Source: an uncultured Candidatus Binatia bacterium (lineage in GTDB: Bacteria > Desulfobacterota > Binatia > UBA9968 > JAJDTQ01). From it: 64,000 bases of DNA. The stretch lies in the NCBI GenBank assembly GCA_965215605.1, contig OZ244070.1:3424001-3488000 (forward strand). The letters are read 5' to 3'. Below the pieces are notes generated by a model. It did no database searches and was not told the origin of the DNA. It saw only the letters and a list, made by a program, of their open reading frames with translations. A program made the position numbers and the translations under genes. Positions 8,918-18,687 of this stretch are shown piece by piece. Numbering within the stretch: position 1 is the first letter of the stretch; every line of letters begins with the position of its first letter.

Positions 8918-10852
8918 TCATCCCTGCTCGTAAAGGATCTCACCCGTCTCGCCGGTGTCGTAACCGCCGAGGGAGTGCATGGCTCGCCGGAATCCCTCGG
9001 AGCGGACCACCGCCAGCAGCGTGGCCCCGGCGGACGACTCGTAGAAGGGCCGCAACATCAGAAGATCGTATTGCTCGTCGCCTACCGGAATGAAATCCAA
9101 CTCAAGGGCATCGGCGGCCGAAAGAATACCCAGCCCGGCGTCGGCGAGGCCGCTGGCAACGGCAACGGCGACGGCCATGTGCGTGAACTCTTCGTGCTCG
9201 TAGCCCTGGATGGCGCTCGCATCCATGTCGAGTTGTGCGAGCTTGTAGTCCAGCAGTACCCGTGTACCCGAGCCCGGTTGGCGGTTGACGAACCGCAGGC
9301 CCGTCTTTCCCAAGTCGGCGATGCCCGACACTCCCTTGGGATTGCCGCGGGGGACCAGCAGGCCCTGCCGGCGCCTGACGCAGTGCACGAGGACGGCGGG
9401 CAACCCTGGAAGCACCCGCTTGATGTCCGGGACGTTGTAGGCGCCGGTGGCCGGGTCCAGCAGGTGGGTGCCTGCCATGTGCGTCTCGCCGCGGCGGATG
9501 GAATGCAGTCCGCCGAGGCTGCCGACGTTGGCGGTGGCGATCTTGAGCCGCGGGTCCAGGCGCTTGAGCTGATCTTCCAGCACGCTGATGGAGAGGTCGT
9601 GGCTGCCGGTGCACAGGACCGTGTGCTCCACTTCTTCGGGTGAGCGCAACAGCTCGACGTCCACCTCCTCGCCGGCGTTGATGCCCTCCACCATTCCCGG
9701 AATCCGCAGGAAGCCGTCGGCCCGCACCATGGTGCTGATGACGCCCGCTCCCCGCGCCAGCGGCACGGCCAGGAGCCTTTCTCCGACTCTTCCCAGGGTG
9801 ACCCGGACGAACTCCTCCAGGCCCAGCCGGGAGGGGATCTTCCGGGGCGCAACGGCGCGCACCCGCGCGGGAGAGGCGGGGCCCGCGCCCAGAAGGCGTT
9901 GCAACGCGGGCTGGAGGATCTCCCGGGCGATGACGATGGCGGAGACGGGGTAGCCGGGGATGCCGATGACGGGCCGGCCCGCCGCCACTCCCAGGACGGC
10001 AGGTTTGCCGGGCATGACCTCGATGCCGTGCACCAGGAGCTCCCCCGCGCCGTCGATGACCTCGGCGGTGAAGTCGTGCTCGCCGGCCGACGAACCGGCG
10101 ATGAGCGCCACCAGATGGTTTTCTCTCAAGGCTTCGCCCAGGGCCTGTTTCAGCAGGGCGGGGTCGTCAGGGACGGCGGGAAGGACCGCCGGCGCGCCGC
10201 CGCATTCGGTGACCATGGCCGCCAGCACGGTGGAATTGAAATCGATGATCTGGCCGGCCGCGGCCGGCTCCCCCGGAGCGGTGATCTCGTCGCCGGTGGG
10301 CAGGATCGCAACCCTGGGACGCGCCCTGACCCGCACGGTGGTGTGGCCCGCCGCCAGGATGGCGCCGAGGTCGTAGGGCCTCAGGCGGTGGCTGCGCGGC
10401 AAAAGCAGCTCGGTGGCCACCACGTCCTCGCCCACCAGGCGCACGTTCTGCCACGGGGTGGCGGCCTGGTCGATGGACACGGTGTCCTCATCGACCTCCC
10501 GCACCTGCTCGATCATGATCACCGCGTTGGCCCAGGGCGGCAGCGGCTGGCCGGTGTCCAGGTAGGCGAACCGGCGGCGCGGCGCGGCCTCGTCCGCGAG
10601 CCGCCGGAACTCGCGGGGGGCGAATTCCGTGGCTCCGAACGTGTCCTCCGCCCGCACGCAGATCCCGTCCATGGCGGACCCGTGGTAGTGCGGCGAGGAA
10701 ATCTTCGCAAACACCGGCTCGGCGGTGACCCGGTGGAGCGCCTGGCCGACGTCCACCGTCTCGTCCTCCAGGCCGGTTTCGTCAACGCGGCTCAGGAACA
10801 GCTCGCGCGCCTGCTCCAGGGGGGTTTTCTTGAGGTACCGTTTTCGCGCCAT
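8918..10852 (-). CDS. molybdopterin biosynthesis protein MoeA fused to a C-terminal PBP/LysR-type substrate-binding domain
   Basis: SAMDG, TGDE, PGKP, GIPGYPVS; C-terminal GSHD, VGSLGGL, FVNRQPGSGTR. Confidence 0.92.
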   Translation of the reverse strand: MARKRYLKKTPLEQARELFLSRVDETGLEDETVDVGQALHRVTAEPVFAKISSPHYHGSAMDGICVRAEDTFGATEFAPREFRRLADEAAPRRRFAYLDTGQPLPPWANAVIMIEQVREVDEDTVSIDQAATPWQNVRLVGEDVVATELLLPRSHRLRPYDLGAILAAGHTTVRVRARPRVAILPTGDEITAPGEPAAAGQIIDFNSTVLAAMVTECGGAPAVLPAVPDDPALLKQALGEALRENHLVALIAGSSAGEHDFTAEVIDGAGELLVHGIEVMPGKPAVLGVAAGRPVIGIPGYPVSAIVIAREILQPALQRLLGAGPASPARVRAVAPRKIPSRLGLEEFVRVTLGRVGERLLAVPLARGAGVISTMVRADGFLRIPGMVEGINAGEEVDVELLRSPEEVEHTVLCTGSHDLSISVLEDQLKRLDPRLKIATANVGSLGGLHSIRRGETHMAGTHLLDPATGAYNVPDIKRVLPGLPAVLVHCVRRRQGLLVPRGNPKGVSGIADLGKTGLRFVNRQPGSGTRVLLDYKLAQLDMDASAIQGYEHEEFTHMAVAVAVASGLADAGLGILSAADALELDFIPVGDEQYDLLMLRPFYESSAGATLLAVVRSEGFRRAMHSLGGYDTGETGEILYEQG

Positions 10853-10884
10853 GTGTCCCGGATACCGATTCAGAAAACAGGGTA

Positions 10885-12138
10885 TCAGAAAAGGAGCACC
10901 TCCACCTCTTCTCCCCGTTCCAGTCCTTCGCGGTTGAGGTCGATGCGGACCATGCCGTCGGCCTTGACCAATGTGAAGATGGCGCCCGACTTGCTCGGGA
11001 GCGGCGAGGCGTGGAGCGCGTCGCCGCGCCGTTCCAGGGTGACGCGGAGGTAGTCCTCGCGGCCGGTCTGCGACGACACGTTGGTGTCCATCACGGCCCG
11101 GACCGTGCTGCGCCGTGGGACCGCGGCCGGCGCGCTCTCGCCCGACAGGGCGCAGATCAACGGCGCCGCGAACAGGTCGAATATCACCAGCGCGGATACC
11201 GGATACCCCGGGAGCCCCAGCACGGGTTTGCCCGCGGCCCGGGCGTAGATGGTGGGTTTGCCCGGGCTGACGGAGATGCCGTGAAAGAGGATGCCGGCAT
11301 CGGGCAGCGACCGGATCGCGTCCACCGCCATGTCGCGGGCGCCCATGGAGCTGCCGCCGGACAGCAGCACCAGGTCGCCCCAGTCCAGTCCGGCGGCCAG
11401 CGCGGCGCGCAGGTCGCCGGCGTCATCGGCCACGACGCCGAGGTCGTTGAGATCTGCGCCGCACTCGGCCACGAGCCCCGCCAGCGCAGGCTGGTTGATG
11501 TTCCGCACCTGCCCGGGACGCGGCTCCCGGTCCGGAGCGACGATCTCGTCGCCGGTGGAGATGAGGGTCACGCGCGGCTTGCGGTAGACCGGCACCGAGG
11601 CTATGCCGATGCCGGTCAGCGCGCCGAGGTCGTGGGCCCGCAACCGGCGTCCACGGGCGAACACCGGGTCGCCAGCCTGGATGTCGTCGCCGACGCGGAT
11701 GACGTTGAGCCAGGGCGAGGCGGCCCGGTAGATCTCCACCGTACCGTCGCCGGTTTCCTCGGTGTGCTCGACCATCACCACGGCGTCGCTTCCGGGCGGG
11801 AGCATGCCGCCGGTGGAGATGCGCATGGCTTCGCGGGGGAGCAGCCGGCGGGTGACTTCCCGGCCCATCTCCACGGTTCCCGCCAGCGCCAGGTAGGCCG
11901 GCAGACCGGCACTGGCGCCGAAGGTGTCCCGGGCCAGGACGGCGTAACCGTCCATGCCGGCCCGGTCGAAGTGGGGCAGGTCGGCCCGGGAATGGAGGTC
12001 CTCGGCCAGGACGCGGCCCCGGGCCTCGACGGTGTCGACCGTCTCGGCGTCCACGGCGGACACCCGGCCAAGCAGGTCCAGGGCCTCCGCGGGCGTCACG
12101 ACCTTGAAGAAGGCCTTGGGGGTCGGGGGCGTGGGCAT
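10885..12138 (-). CDS. moeA: molybdopterin molybdotransferase MoeA
   Basis: PHFDRAGMDGYAV, ISTGGMLPPGSDAVVMVE, STGDE, SPGKPT, GLPGYPVS. Confidence 0.93.
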   Translation of the reverse strand: MPTPPTPKAFFKVVTPAEALDLLGRVSAVDAETVDTVEARGRVLAEDLHSRADLPHFDRAGMDGYAVLARDTFGASAGLPAYLALAGTVEMGREVTRRLLPREAMRISTGGMLPPGSDAVVMVEHTEETGDGTVEIYRAASPWLNVIRVGDDIQAGDPVFARGRRLRAHDLGALTGIGIASVPVYRKPRVTLISTGDEIVAPDREPRPGQVRNINQPALAGLVAECGADLNDLGVVADDAGDLRAALAAGLDWGDLVLLSGGSSMGARDMAVDAIRSLPDAGILFHGISVSPGKPTIYARAAGKPVLGLPGYPVSALVIFDLFAAPLICALSGESAPAAVPRRSTVRAVMDTNVSSQTGREDYLRVTLERRGDALHASPLPSKSGAIFTLVKADGMVRIDLNREGLERGEEVEVLLF

Positions 12139-12187
12139 GGTGTCACGCGTGAGCGGGGCGGGGACCCGCCGAAACGCAACCGTGCCG

Positions 12188-13300
12188 TCAGCGCTGGGCC
12201 AACGGCACGTTGCCGAACTTCTCCCGTATCTCTTCGGCGATGTGGTCCAGGGCTTGGTCGCGTGTGTCGTAGAGACGCTTCAGGGTCCGCGGCGGTTGCT
12301 TGCCGATGGCGTAGGCCGTCATCAACGGCACGGCGATGGTGCTGTCGACGTAGCAGACCACCGAGTCGGGCAGTTGGTCCGGGTCCACCTTGCCCCAGCT
12401 CACCGCCTCCGCCGGAGTCGCTCCCGACAGGCCGCCGGTGTCCGCGCGCGCGTCGGTGATCTGGATGAAGTAGTCGAAGCCCTTCTCCTCCAGCCCGAGC
12501 ACCTCCTGGATGTGGGGCTCGGTCTGCAGCAGGAAGTTCTTGGGCGATCCGCCGCCGAGAATCACGGCCGCGCTGCGTCCACCCGCGCGCTTGGCTTCGA
12601 GCACCAGGGCGGCGGACTCGTTGACGTCGCGCGAGACGTCGAAGCGCAGGCCGTTGCCCTTGAGGGCCAGGGCGGCCACGTTCATGCCGATGGAGCTGTC
12701 TCCGGGCGACGACGTGTACACCGGCACGCCGCACCGGTAGGCGGCGGCCAGCAGCGAGCGCCGCTCGAGCCCCAGTATCTTCTCGCGTTCGTCAAGGTAC
12801 CGGCCCACCCGGTAGTGCATCTCCGCGGTTCCCATTTCTTTCTGGAACTCCGGGGCCTTCAGGATCTCGCGGAAGAAGTCGTCGGTGGAGATGAGCACGT
12901 CGTAGTCGAAGAAGATGTCGTAGATGCGCACCACGCCCTGGTCCCGCAGGTCCACGTCGTCCGCTTCGAAGCTGCCCCTGTGCATGGAAAGGCCGATGGC
13001 GAAGTGGGTGTCGTGGTAGAGGTTCGCGCCGGTGCTGACGATCCAGTCCACGAAGCCGTTCTCGATGAGCGGGATGAACGCGGTCATGCCGAGCCCGGCC
13101 GGGGTAAGCGCCCCGGTGATGCTCAGCCCCACGGTCACGTCATCCGCGAGGATCTTCTCGGTGAAGAGTTGACAGGCTTCCCGGAGGCGTCCGCTGTTGT
13201 AGGAAACGAAGTTGTCATCGATGAGGTCCACGATGGTGGTGGCCGCATCGATGGGTTTGGGGTCGATCTTCCTGCCGGAAAGGAGGGAAGGTTTGTTCAT
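12188..13300 (-). CDS. deoxyhypusine synthase-like protein (SpeY/homospermidine biosynthesis type)
   Basis: [53 protein letters not shown]. Confidence 0.9.
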   Translation of the reverse strand: MNKPSLLSGRKIDPKPIDAATTIVDLIDDNFVSYNSGRLREACQLFTEKILADDVTVGLSITGALTPAGLGMTAFIPLIENGFVDWIVSTGANLYHDTHFAIGLSMHRGSFEADDVDLRDQGVVRIYDIFFDYDVLISTDDFFREILKAPEFQKEMGTAEMHYRVGRYLDEREKILGLERRSLLAAAYRCGVPVYTSSPGDSSIGMNVAALALKGNGLRFDVSRDVNESAALVLEAKRAGGRSAAVILGGGSPKNFLLQTEPHIQEVLGLEEKGFDYFIQITDARADTGGLSGATPAEAVSWGKVDPDQLPDSVVCYVDSTIAVPLMTAYAIGKQPPRTLKRLYDTRDQALDHIAEEIREKFGNVPLAQR

Positions 13301-13351
13301 GTTCGTGACGTCCAGAGGCAACCCCGGCCGTAGCGCGCCCCGGCCCTGGGC

Positions 13352-14086
13352 CTACGGCCCCGTGCCCCTGGCCTGCTCGAGCTTTTTCTGCCGGACTTGC
13401 AGATACGCGTTCCGTAGCGCGCCGTAAGGGTCGATGCTGCGTTCAAGCTCCTCGAACGCGTCCATGTTCCGGGCGCGGCTGTTGACCGTGTCCGCGACAC
13501 GGATGCTCAAGGGGACATAGAAGGGCGTCAGCCATGCGAGGGGATCCATCAACGAGTCCGCCACCGTCCCCAGTCCGTCTCTCACGGTGGTCACCGGCAG
13601 CAGCGGCAGCACGAGATAGGCGCCGTGGCTGGCCCCGTACAGCCCCAGCGTGATCCCCATGTCCTGGTCGCTGGGCGCCAGGCCCATCTTGTCCGCCACG
13701 TCGAAAAGCCCGGCGATCCCCAGGGTGGTGTTGATGAGGAAGCGGGCCGTCTCGCGGCCGGCCCCGACGGGCTTGCCTTGCAGGATGTTGTTGACGACCT
13801 TCCTGACCACCCCGAGATTGTCGACGGCATTGCGAATGCTCGTCTGCAACGGGGCCGGGACGACCGCGGCATAGCCCTGGGCCACGGGTTTCAGCACGGA
13901 TTCGTCGAACCCGGAGTTGAACTCGAAAACCCTGTAGTTGAACGACTCCGCCGGGTCGTAATGCGTGTCCCGGGTGCTCAGCTCATTGGAATCCGACGTG
14001 TCCCCGGCGTTGACTTGGGCGTCGGCCGGCTGGAGCATGGTCAGCGGCAATAGCAGAAGCAGAACGAACAGTCGGAGGGTTTGCAT
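13352..14086 (-). CDS. mlaA: MlaA/VacJ family protein
   Basis: DPAESFNYRVFEFN, RFLINTTLGIAGLFDVA, DMGITLG, YLVLPLL..TVRD, DPYGALRNAYLQ. Confidence 0.88.
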   Translation of the reverse strand: MQTLRLFVLLLLLPLTMLQPADAQVNAGDTSDSNELSTRDTHYDPAESFNYRVFEFNSGFDESVLKPVAQGYAAVVPAPLQTSIRNAVDNLGVVRKVVNNILQGKPVGAGRETARFLINTTLGIAGLFDVADKMGLAPSDQDMGITLGLYGASHGAYLVLPLLPVTTVRDGLGTVADSLMDPLAWLTPFYVPLSIRVADTVNSRARNMDAFEELERSIDPYGALRNAYLQVRQKKLEQARGTGP

Positions 14087-14187
14087 GGGTGTCGGGTCCG
14101 GAAAAAGCTTGGCCGGGATACCATTACGAACCGCCGAAATCAACCGGTTGCGCCGTCGTCGCATCCGTGGCCGCCAGTTTCCAAACG

Positions 14188-14216
14188 TTGAAAACCCTCG
14201 GTGAATGGGATACTTT
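14188..14216 (+). promoter_or_regulatory. putative sigma70 promoter of coaBC
   Basis: TTGAAA, 17 nt, TACTTT. Confidence 0.5.
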
Positions 14217-14256
14217 TGCGTAGCGTTCTGTCGATCGGGTATCAAGGAGCGGGTCC

Positions 14257-15465
14257 GTGGAGAAGCCGAACATCGTCCTGGGAGTGACCGGGGGAATCGC
14301 CTGCTACAAGGCCCTGGAGTTGGTAAGGCTCCTGGTCCAGGACTCCTGCGCCGTCCGGGTGGTGATGACCCGCGGGGCCGCCGAGTTCGTCACCCCGCTA
14401 AGTTTCCAGACCCTCTCCGGTTCGCCGGTGGCCACCGATCTGTTCAGCCTCACCCAGGAGTCCGAGATCGGCCACATCAACCTCGCGGACAGCGCCGACC
14501 TTTTGGTGATCGCCCCGGCCACGGCCAACGTCATCGCCAAGCTCGCCGCCGGAATCGCCGACGACCTCCTCACCACCGTGGTGCTCGCCGCCCAGGCGCC
14601 CTTGCTGGTGGTCCCGTCCATGAACGTGCACATGCTGGCCCACCCGTTGGTGCAGGCCAACCTCGCAAAACTCAGGAACGCCGGTTGCCACGTCATGGAG
14701 GCGGCCTCGGGTTATCTGGCCTGCGGCTACGAAGGCAAGGGTCGCCTGCCGGAACCCCAGGCCATCGTCCAGGAGATCCGCCGGCTGCTCAGGCCGAAGG
14801 ATCTCAAGGGGGAAAGGATCGTCGTCACGGCCGGACCCAGCCGGGAGCCGCTGGATCCGGTGCGTTTCTTCTCCAACCGGTCGTCGGGCAAGATGGGATA
14901 CGCTCTGGCCAGGGCGGCCGCCCGGCGCGGCGCCCAAGTGACGCTGGTCAGCGGCCCCACCGCGTTGGCCGCTCCCGAGGGCGTCAGGACGGTGCCCGTG
15001 GTGACGGCCGAGGAGATGCGGGAGGCCGTGCTGGCCGAGTTCGACTCGGCGACGGCGGTCTTCATGGCGGCCGCGGTGGCCGACTACCGTCCGCGTTCCG
15101 TTTCCGCCGGCAAGATGAAGCGAAACGGCGGCGCCATCCGCCTCGAGCTCGTCCCCAACCCGGATATCGTCGCGGAGCTGGGCGCCCGGAAACGGCGGCA
15201 GATCGTGGTGGGGTTTGCCGCGGAGACCGAGTCCCTGGTGGAGAACGCCCGCGCCAAGCTGCACCGGAAGAACCTCGATCTCCTGGTGGCCAACGACGTC
15301 ACCCAGGAAGGCAGCGGCTTCGACGTGGACACCAACGCCGTCACCCTGCTGGACCGGGACGGCACGGTCACGCCGCTGCCGGTGATGAGCAAGGACGCCG
15401 TCGCCGACCGCATTCACGACTGGTTCCTCCAATACAAGCATCAATCCCGACGCCGCGGCGCCTGA
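14257..15465 (+). CDS. coaBC: bifunctional phosphopantothenoylcysteine decarboxylase/synthase
   Basis: GVTGGIACYK, APATANVIAK, PSMN, LACG..GKGRL, DPVRFFSNRSSGKMG, GFAAET. Confidence 0.97.
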   Translation: MEKPNIVLGVTGGIACYKALELVRLLVQDSCAVRVVMTRGAAEFVTPLSFQTLSGSPVATDLFSLTQESEIGHINLADSADLLVIAPATANVIAKLAAGIADDLLTTVVLAAQAPLLVVPSMNVHMLAHPLVQANLAKLRNAGCHVMEAASGYLACGYEGKGRLPEPQAIVQEIRRLLRPKDLKGERIVVTAGPSREPLDPVRFFSNRSSGKMGYALARAAARRGAQVTLVSGPTALAAPEGVRTVPVVTAEEMREAVLAEFDSATAVFMAAAVADYRPRSVSAGKMKRNGGAIRLELVPNPDIVAELGARKRRQIVVGFAAETESLVENARAKLHRKNLDLLVANDVTQEGSGFDVDTNAVTLLDRDGTVTPLPVMSKDAVADRIHDWFLQYKHQSRRRGA

Positions 15466-15483
15466 CCGCCGACCTCCGGAATC

Positions 15484-15575
15484 GTCATTCCCGCGAAAGT
15501 GAGTATCCAGGAAGGGCGGAGCGGGGCAACCGGCTGTGCGCTCCACCGCCCTTGGTTCCCGCTTTCACGGGAAGG
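15484..15575. repeat. paired REP-like element (GTCATTCCCGCGAAAG... family)
   Basis: GTCATTCCCGCGAAAGTGAGTATCCAG...TTGGTTCCCGCTTTCACGGGAA in inverted orientation; related half-copy at 55644-55671. Confidence 0.6.
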
Positions 15576-15774
15576 GTGCGGGAATGCCGTATGCGTAGCC
15601 TCCGTGCCTCGCGAGTCTTGACACAGCCTGTTCGGCGGGGAGACGTGGAGGGTCTCATTGCGGCGCGGGCTCCGGGCACGGGTGTGAAACGACTGCCCGG
15701 TCCCGCAAGTAGCGTTGCCATGCCCCCGGTATTGTCGTAAACAGAAATCAGGCGCCCAACAAAAGCAGTTATAG

Positions 15775-16515
15775 ATGACCGAAATGGACAGACTCGGGCT
15801 ACAACAGCATTTGGCGGTTGCGACGACGTCTCTCCGGAGTTGCCTGGAGCAATATCAGGCCGCGGGGATTCAGGTGCTGCCTGCACCTGCGGGTGTCGCT
15901 GCCGATGTTCCAGGTCGGGTATCCCCCATCGAAGAAGCCGGGCCCGGGGCGGCCGCGGACCTCCGGCAGCTTCGGGAGAACCTGGGCGACTGCCGTCGTT
16001 GCGGGCTTTCGGAGGGGCGTACCAACATAGTCTACGGCGTGGGCAACCCGAACGCCGACGTCATGTTCGTCGGAGAGGGGCCGGGGGCGGAGGAGGACCG
16101 GCAGGGAGAGCCATTCGTGGGACGCGCCGGACAGTTGCTCACCGACATCATCACCAAGGGCATGAGGCTGCGGCGCGAGGACGTCTATATCGCCAACGTG
16201 GTCAAGTGCCGTCCGCCCGGCAACCGCGACCCCGAGCCCGACGAGGTTGCCTCGTGCGAGCCGTTCCTGATCCGGCAGATCGAGCTGGTGAAGCCGCGGG
16301 TGATCGTCGCGCTGGGGCGGTTCGCGGCGCAGACGCTGTTGCGGTCCAACACGCCGGTTTCCCGGCTGCGCGGCCAATGGCGCGACTACCACGGCATCCC
16401 GCTGATGCCGACCTTCCATCCCGCCTATCTGCTGCGGAACCCGGCGGACAAGCGGTTGGTGTGGGAAGACATCAAGAGCGTCCTGGGGGAGCTCGGGACG
16501 GCGGCGCCCGGATGA
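15775..16515 (+). CDS. uracil-DNA glycosylase family 4
   Basis: CRRCGL Fe-S motif, [30 protein letters not shown]. Confidence 0.95.
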   Translation: MTEMDRLGLQQHLAVATTSLRSCLEQYQAAGIQVLPAPAGVAADVPGRVSPIEEAGPGAAADLRQLRENLGDCRRCGLSEGRTNIVYGVGNPNADVMFVGEGPGAEEDRQGEPFVGRAGQLLTDIITKGMRLRREDVYIANVVKCRPPGNRDPEPDEVASCEPFLIRQIELVKPRVIVALGRFAAQTLLRSNTPVSRLRGQWRDYHGIPLMPTFHPAYLLRNPADKRLVWEDIKSVLGELGTAAPG

Positions 16516-17837
16516 CGGGTACGCGGTCCGGATCGAGGGTGTGGGGGATGCTGCTCCTCCTGGGGTTCGCCTGGGCCGCCGTAAGCGCGGGCGGCGCCAC
16601 CCCAGAGCCGGCCCCCGGTTCCCACGTGAACCTCATCGTCATCGACGGCGGCATCAATCCGGCGGTCAACGACTACATCCGCGAGAGCATCCAGCGCGCC
16701 CACGCGGGCAATGCCCGGGCGCTCATCATCCAGCTCGACACGCCTGGCGGACTGCTCTCCTCCACCCGCTCCATCGTCAAGGAGATGCTGAGCGCGCCGC
16801 TGCCCGTCATCGTCTACGTGGCGCCCAGCGGGGCCGGGGCGGGCTCGGCCGGCGTGTTCATCACCATGGCCGCCAACATCGCGGCGATGGCTCCCGGCAC
16901 CAACATCGGCGCGGCCCATCCGGTGGCGGGCGGAGGCCAGGAAGTCAAGGGCGTCATGGGCGAGAAGATCGAGAACTTCACCGCCTCGTTCAGCGAGACC
17001 ATCGCCCAGAGGCGCGGCCGCAACACCGAATTTGCCATCCAGGCCGTGCGCCGGAGCATATCCATCACGGATACGGAGGCGCTGGAGAAGCGTGTCATCG
17101 ACATCATCGCCACGGACGTGAGCGATCTGCTCAAGCAGGCCAGCGGACGCGAGGCGGACGTGGGCGGCGTCAAGCGCACCCTCGATTTCAACGGCGTATC
17201 CGTTCTGCGTTTCGAGATGGGTCTGAAGCAGAAGGTCATCAACATCATCGCACACCCCAACGTCGCCTACCTGCTGATGATGGCGGGCATCCTCGGCCTG
17301 TACATGGAGTTCTCGAACCCCGGCGCGCTGTTCCCGGGCATTGCCGGCGGCATCGCGCTGTTGCTGGCGCTGGCCTCCTTCCAGGTCCTGCCCATCAACT
17401 ACGCGGGCCTGTTGCTGATCGGTCTGGGGATCTGTCTGCTGGTGGCCGAGGCGTTCATTCCGAGCTTCGGGCTGCTGGGCATCGGCGGCGTGGTGTCCCT
17501 CGCGCTCGGCTCCCTTCTGCTGTTCGACGTGGAGGGGTCGGATCTGTCGGTGGACCGCGGCATCGTGTTCGCGGCCGTGGGCACCCTGAGCGTGTTCGTG
17601 CTGGCGGTGAGCTTCCTGGTGGTCAAGTCCCAGCGACGGAAGGCCACCCTGGGGTTCGAGGGGCTTGTGGGCGAGGTCGGCGAGGTCCGGGAGCGCCTGG
17701 ACCTCAAGGGCAAGGTGTTCGTTCACGGCGAGGTCTGGAACGCCGAGGGGCGGGAGCGGCTGGAGCCCGGGGACAGGATAGAGGTCGTCGGATACGACGG
17801 GATGAGACTCAAGGTCAAACGCGCCGGGGAGAGCTGA
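16512..17837 (+). CDS. NfeD family membrane-bound serine protease (ClpP class)
   Basis: LDTPGGL, AGSAG, PGTNIGAAHPV, TM region, C-terminal OB fold GKVFVHGEVWNA; ATGA overlap with udg. Confidence 0.93.
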   Translation: MTGTRSGSRVWGMLLLLGFAWAAVSAGGATPEPAPGSHVNLIVIDGGINPAVNDYIRESIQRAHAGNARALIIQLDTPGGLLSSTRSIVKEMLSAPLPVIVYVAPSGAGAGSAGVFITMAANIAAMAPGTNIGAAHPVAGGGQEVKGVMGEKIENFTASFSETIAQRRGRNTEFAIQAVRRSISITDTEALEKRVIDIIATDVSDLLKQASGREADVGGVKRTLDFNGVSVLRFEMGLKQKVINIIAHPNVAYLLMMAGILGLYMEFSNPGALFPGIAGGIALLLALASFQVLPINYAGLLLIGLGICLLVAEAFIPSFGLLGIGGVVSLALGSLLLFDVEGSDLSVDRGIVFAAVGTLSVFVLAVSFLVVKSQRRKATLGFEGLVGEVGEVRERLDLKGKVFVHGEVWNAEGRERLEPGDRIEVVGYDGMRLKVKRAGES

Positions 17838-17858
17838 CGGGAGGCGCAGGAGAAACGG

Positions 17859-18623
17859 ATGTTGGAAATCGGACCCATTGCCATCGTGCTGATCATTGTC
17901 CTCGGGTTGGCCGTCAGCGGCATCAAGATCCTCAAGGAGTACGAACGCGGCGTCATCTTCCGCCTGGGGCGGATGGTCGCCTCCCGCGGTCCGGGGCTCA
18001 TCTACGTGATTCCCTTCATCGAAAAGATGGAGCGGATCGAGCTCAGGACCGTCACCATGGACGTGCCCTCCCAGGACGTCATCACGCGGGACAACGTATC
18101 GGTGAAGGTCAATGCGGTGCTCTATTTCCGGGTGCTCGATCCCAACCGGGCCATCCGGGAGGTGGCCAACTACCTGTTCGCCACGTCGCAACTGGCTCAG
18201 GTGACGTTGAGGAGCATATGCGGCCAGGCGGAGCTGGACCAGCTCCTGTCGGAACGGGACCGCATCAACGCCGACATCCAGAAGATCCTCGACGAGCAGA
18301 CCGACCCTTGGGGAATCAAGGTGGTGCTGACCGAGCTCAAGCACATCGATCTCCCCGAGGAGATGCAACGCGCCATGGCCCGGCAAGCCGAGGCCGAACG
18401 GGAACGGCGGGCGAAGGTCATCCTGGCCGACGGCGAGTACCAGGCCTCCCAGAAGCTGCAGGATGCCGCCGCGGTCATCGCCAAGGAGCCCATGGCCATG
18501 CAGCTCCGGTTCCTGCAAAGCCTGCAGGAGGTGGCCGGCGACAAGAACTCCACGCTGGTCTTTCCGGTGCCGATAGACCTGCTGACACCCTTCTTGAAGA
18601 AGGTGGGCGAAAACGACACCTAG
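17859..18623 (+). CDS. slipin/stomatin-like SPFH domain protein
   Basis: [41 protein letters not shown]. Confidence 0.95.
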   Translation: MLEIGPIAIVLIIVLGLAVSGIKILKEYERGVIFRLGRMVASRGPGLIYVIPFIEKMERIELRTVTMDVPSQDVITRDNVSVKVNAVLYFRVLDPNRAIREVANYLFATSQLAQVTLRSICGQAELDQLLSERDRINADIQKILDEQTDPWGIKVVLTELKHIDLPEEMQRAMARQAEAERERRAKVILADGEYQASQKLQDAAAVIAKEPMAMQLRFLQSLQEVAGDKNSTLVFPVPIDLLTPFLKKVGENDT

Positions 18624-18687
18624 CAACGGAACCTGGGCGGCCGGCGTAGCCTTGCCCGGCCGCCGCCCCGATCTCCCGCCTTGAGCC

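Noticed and set aside
5739-8933. 1064-aa ORF as one protein
   Set aside because: The N-terminal part is the antisense shadow of the selenoprotein gene, the real start is the signal peptide at 7071, and the tail overlaps tRNA-Leu.
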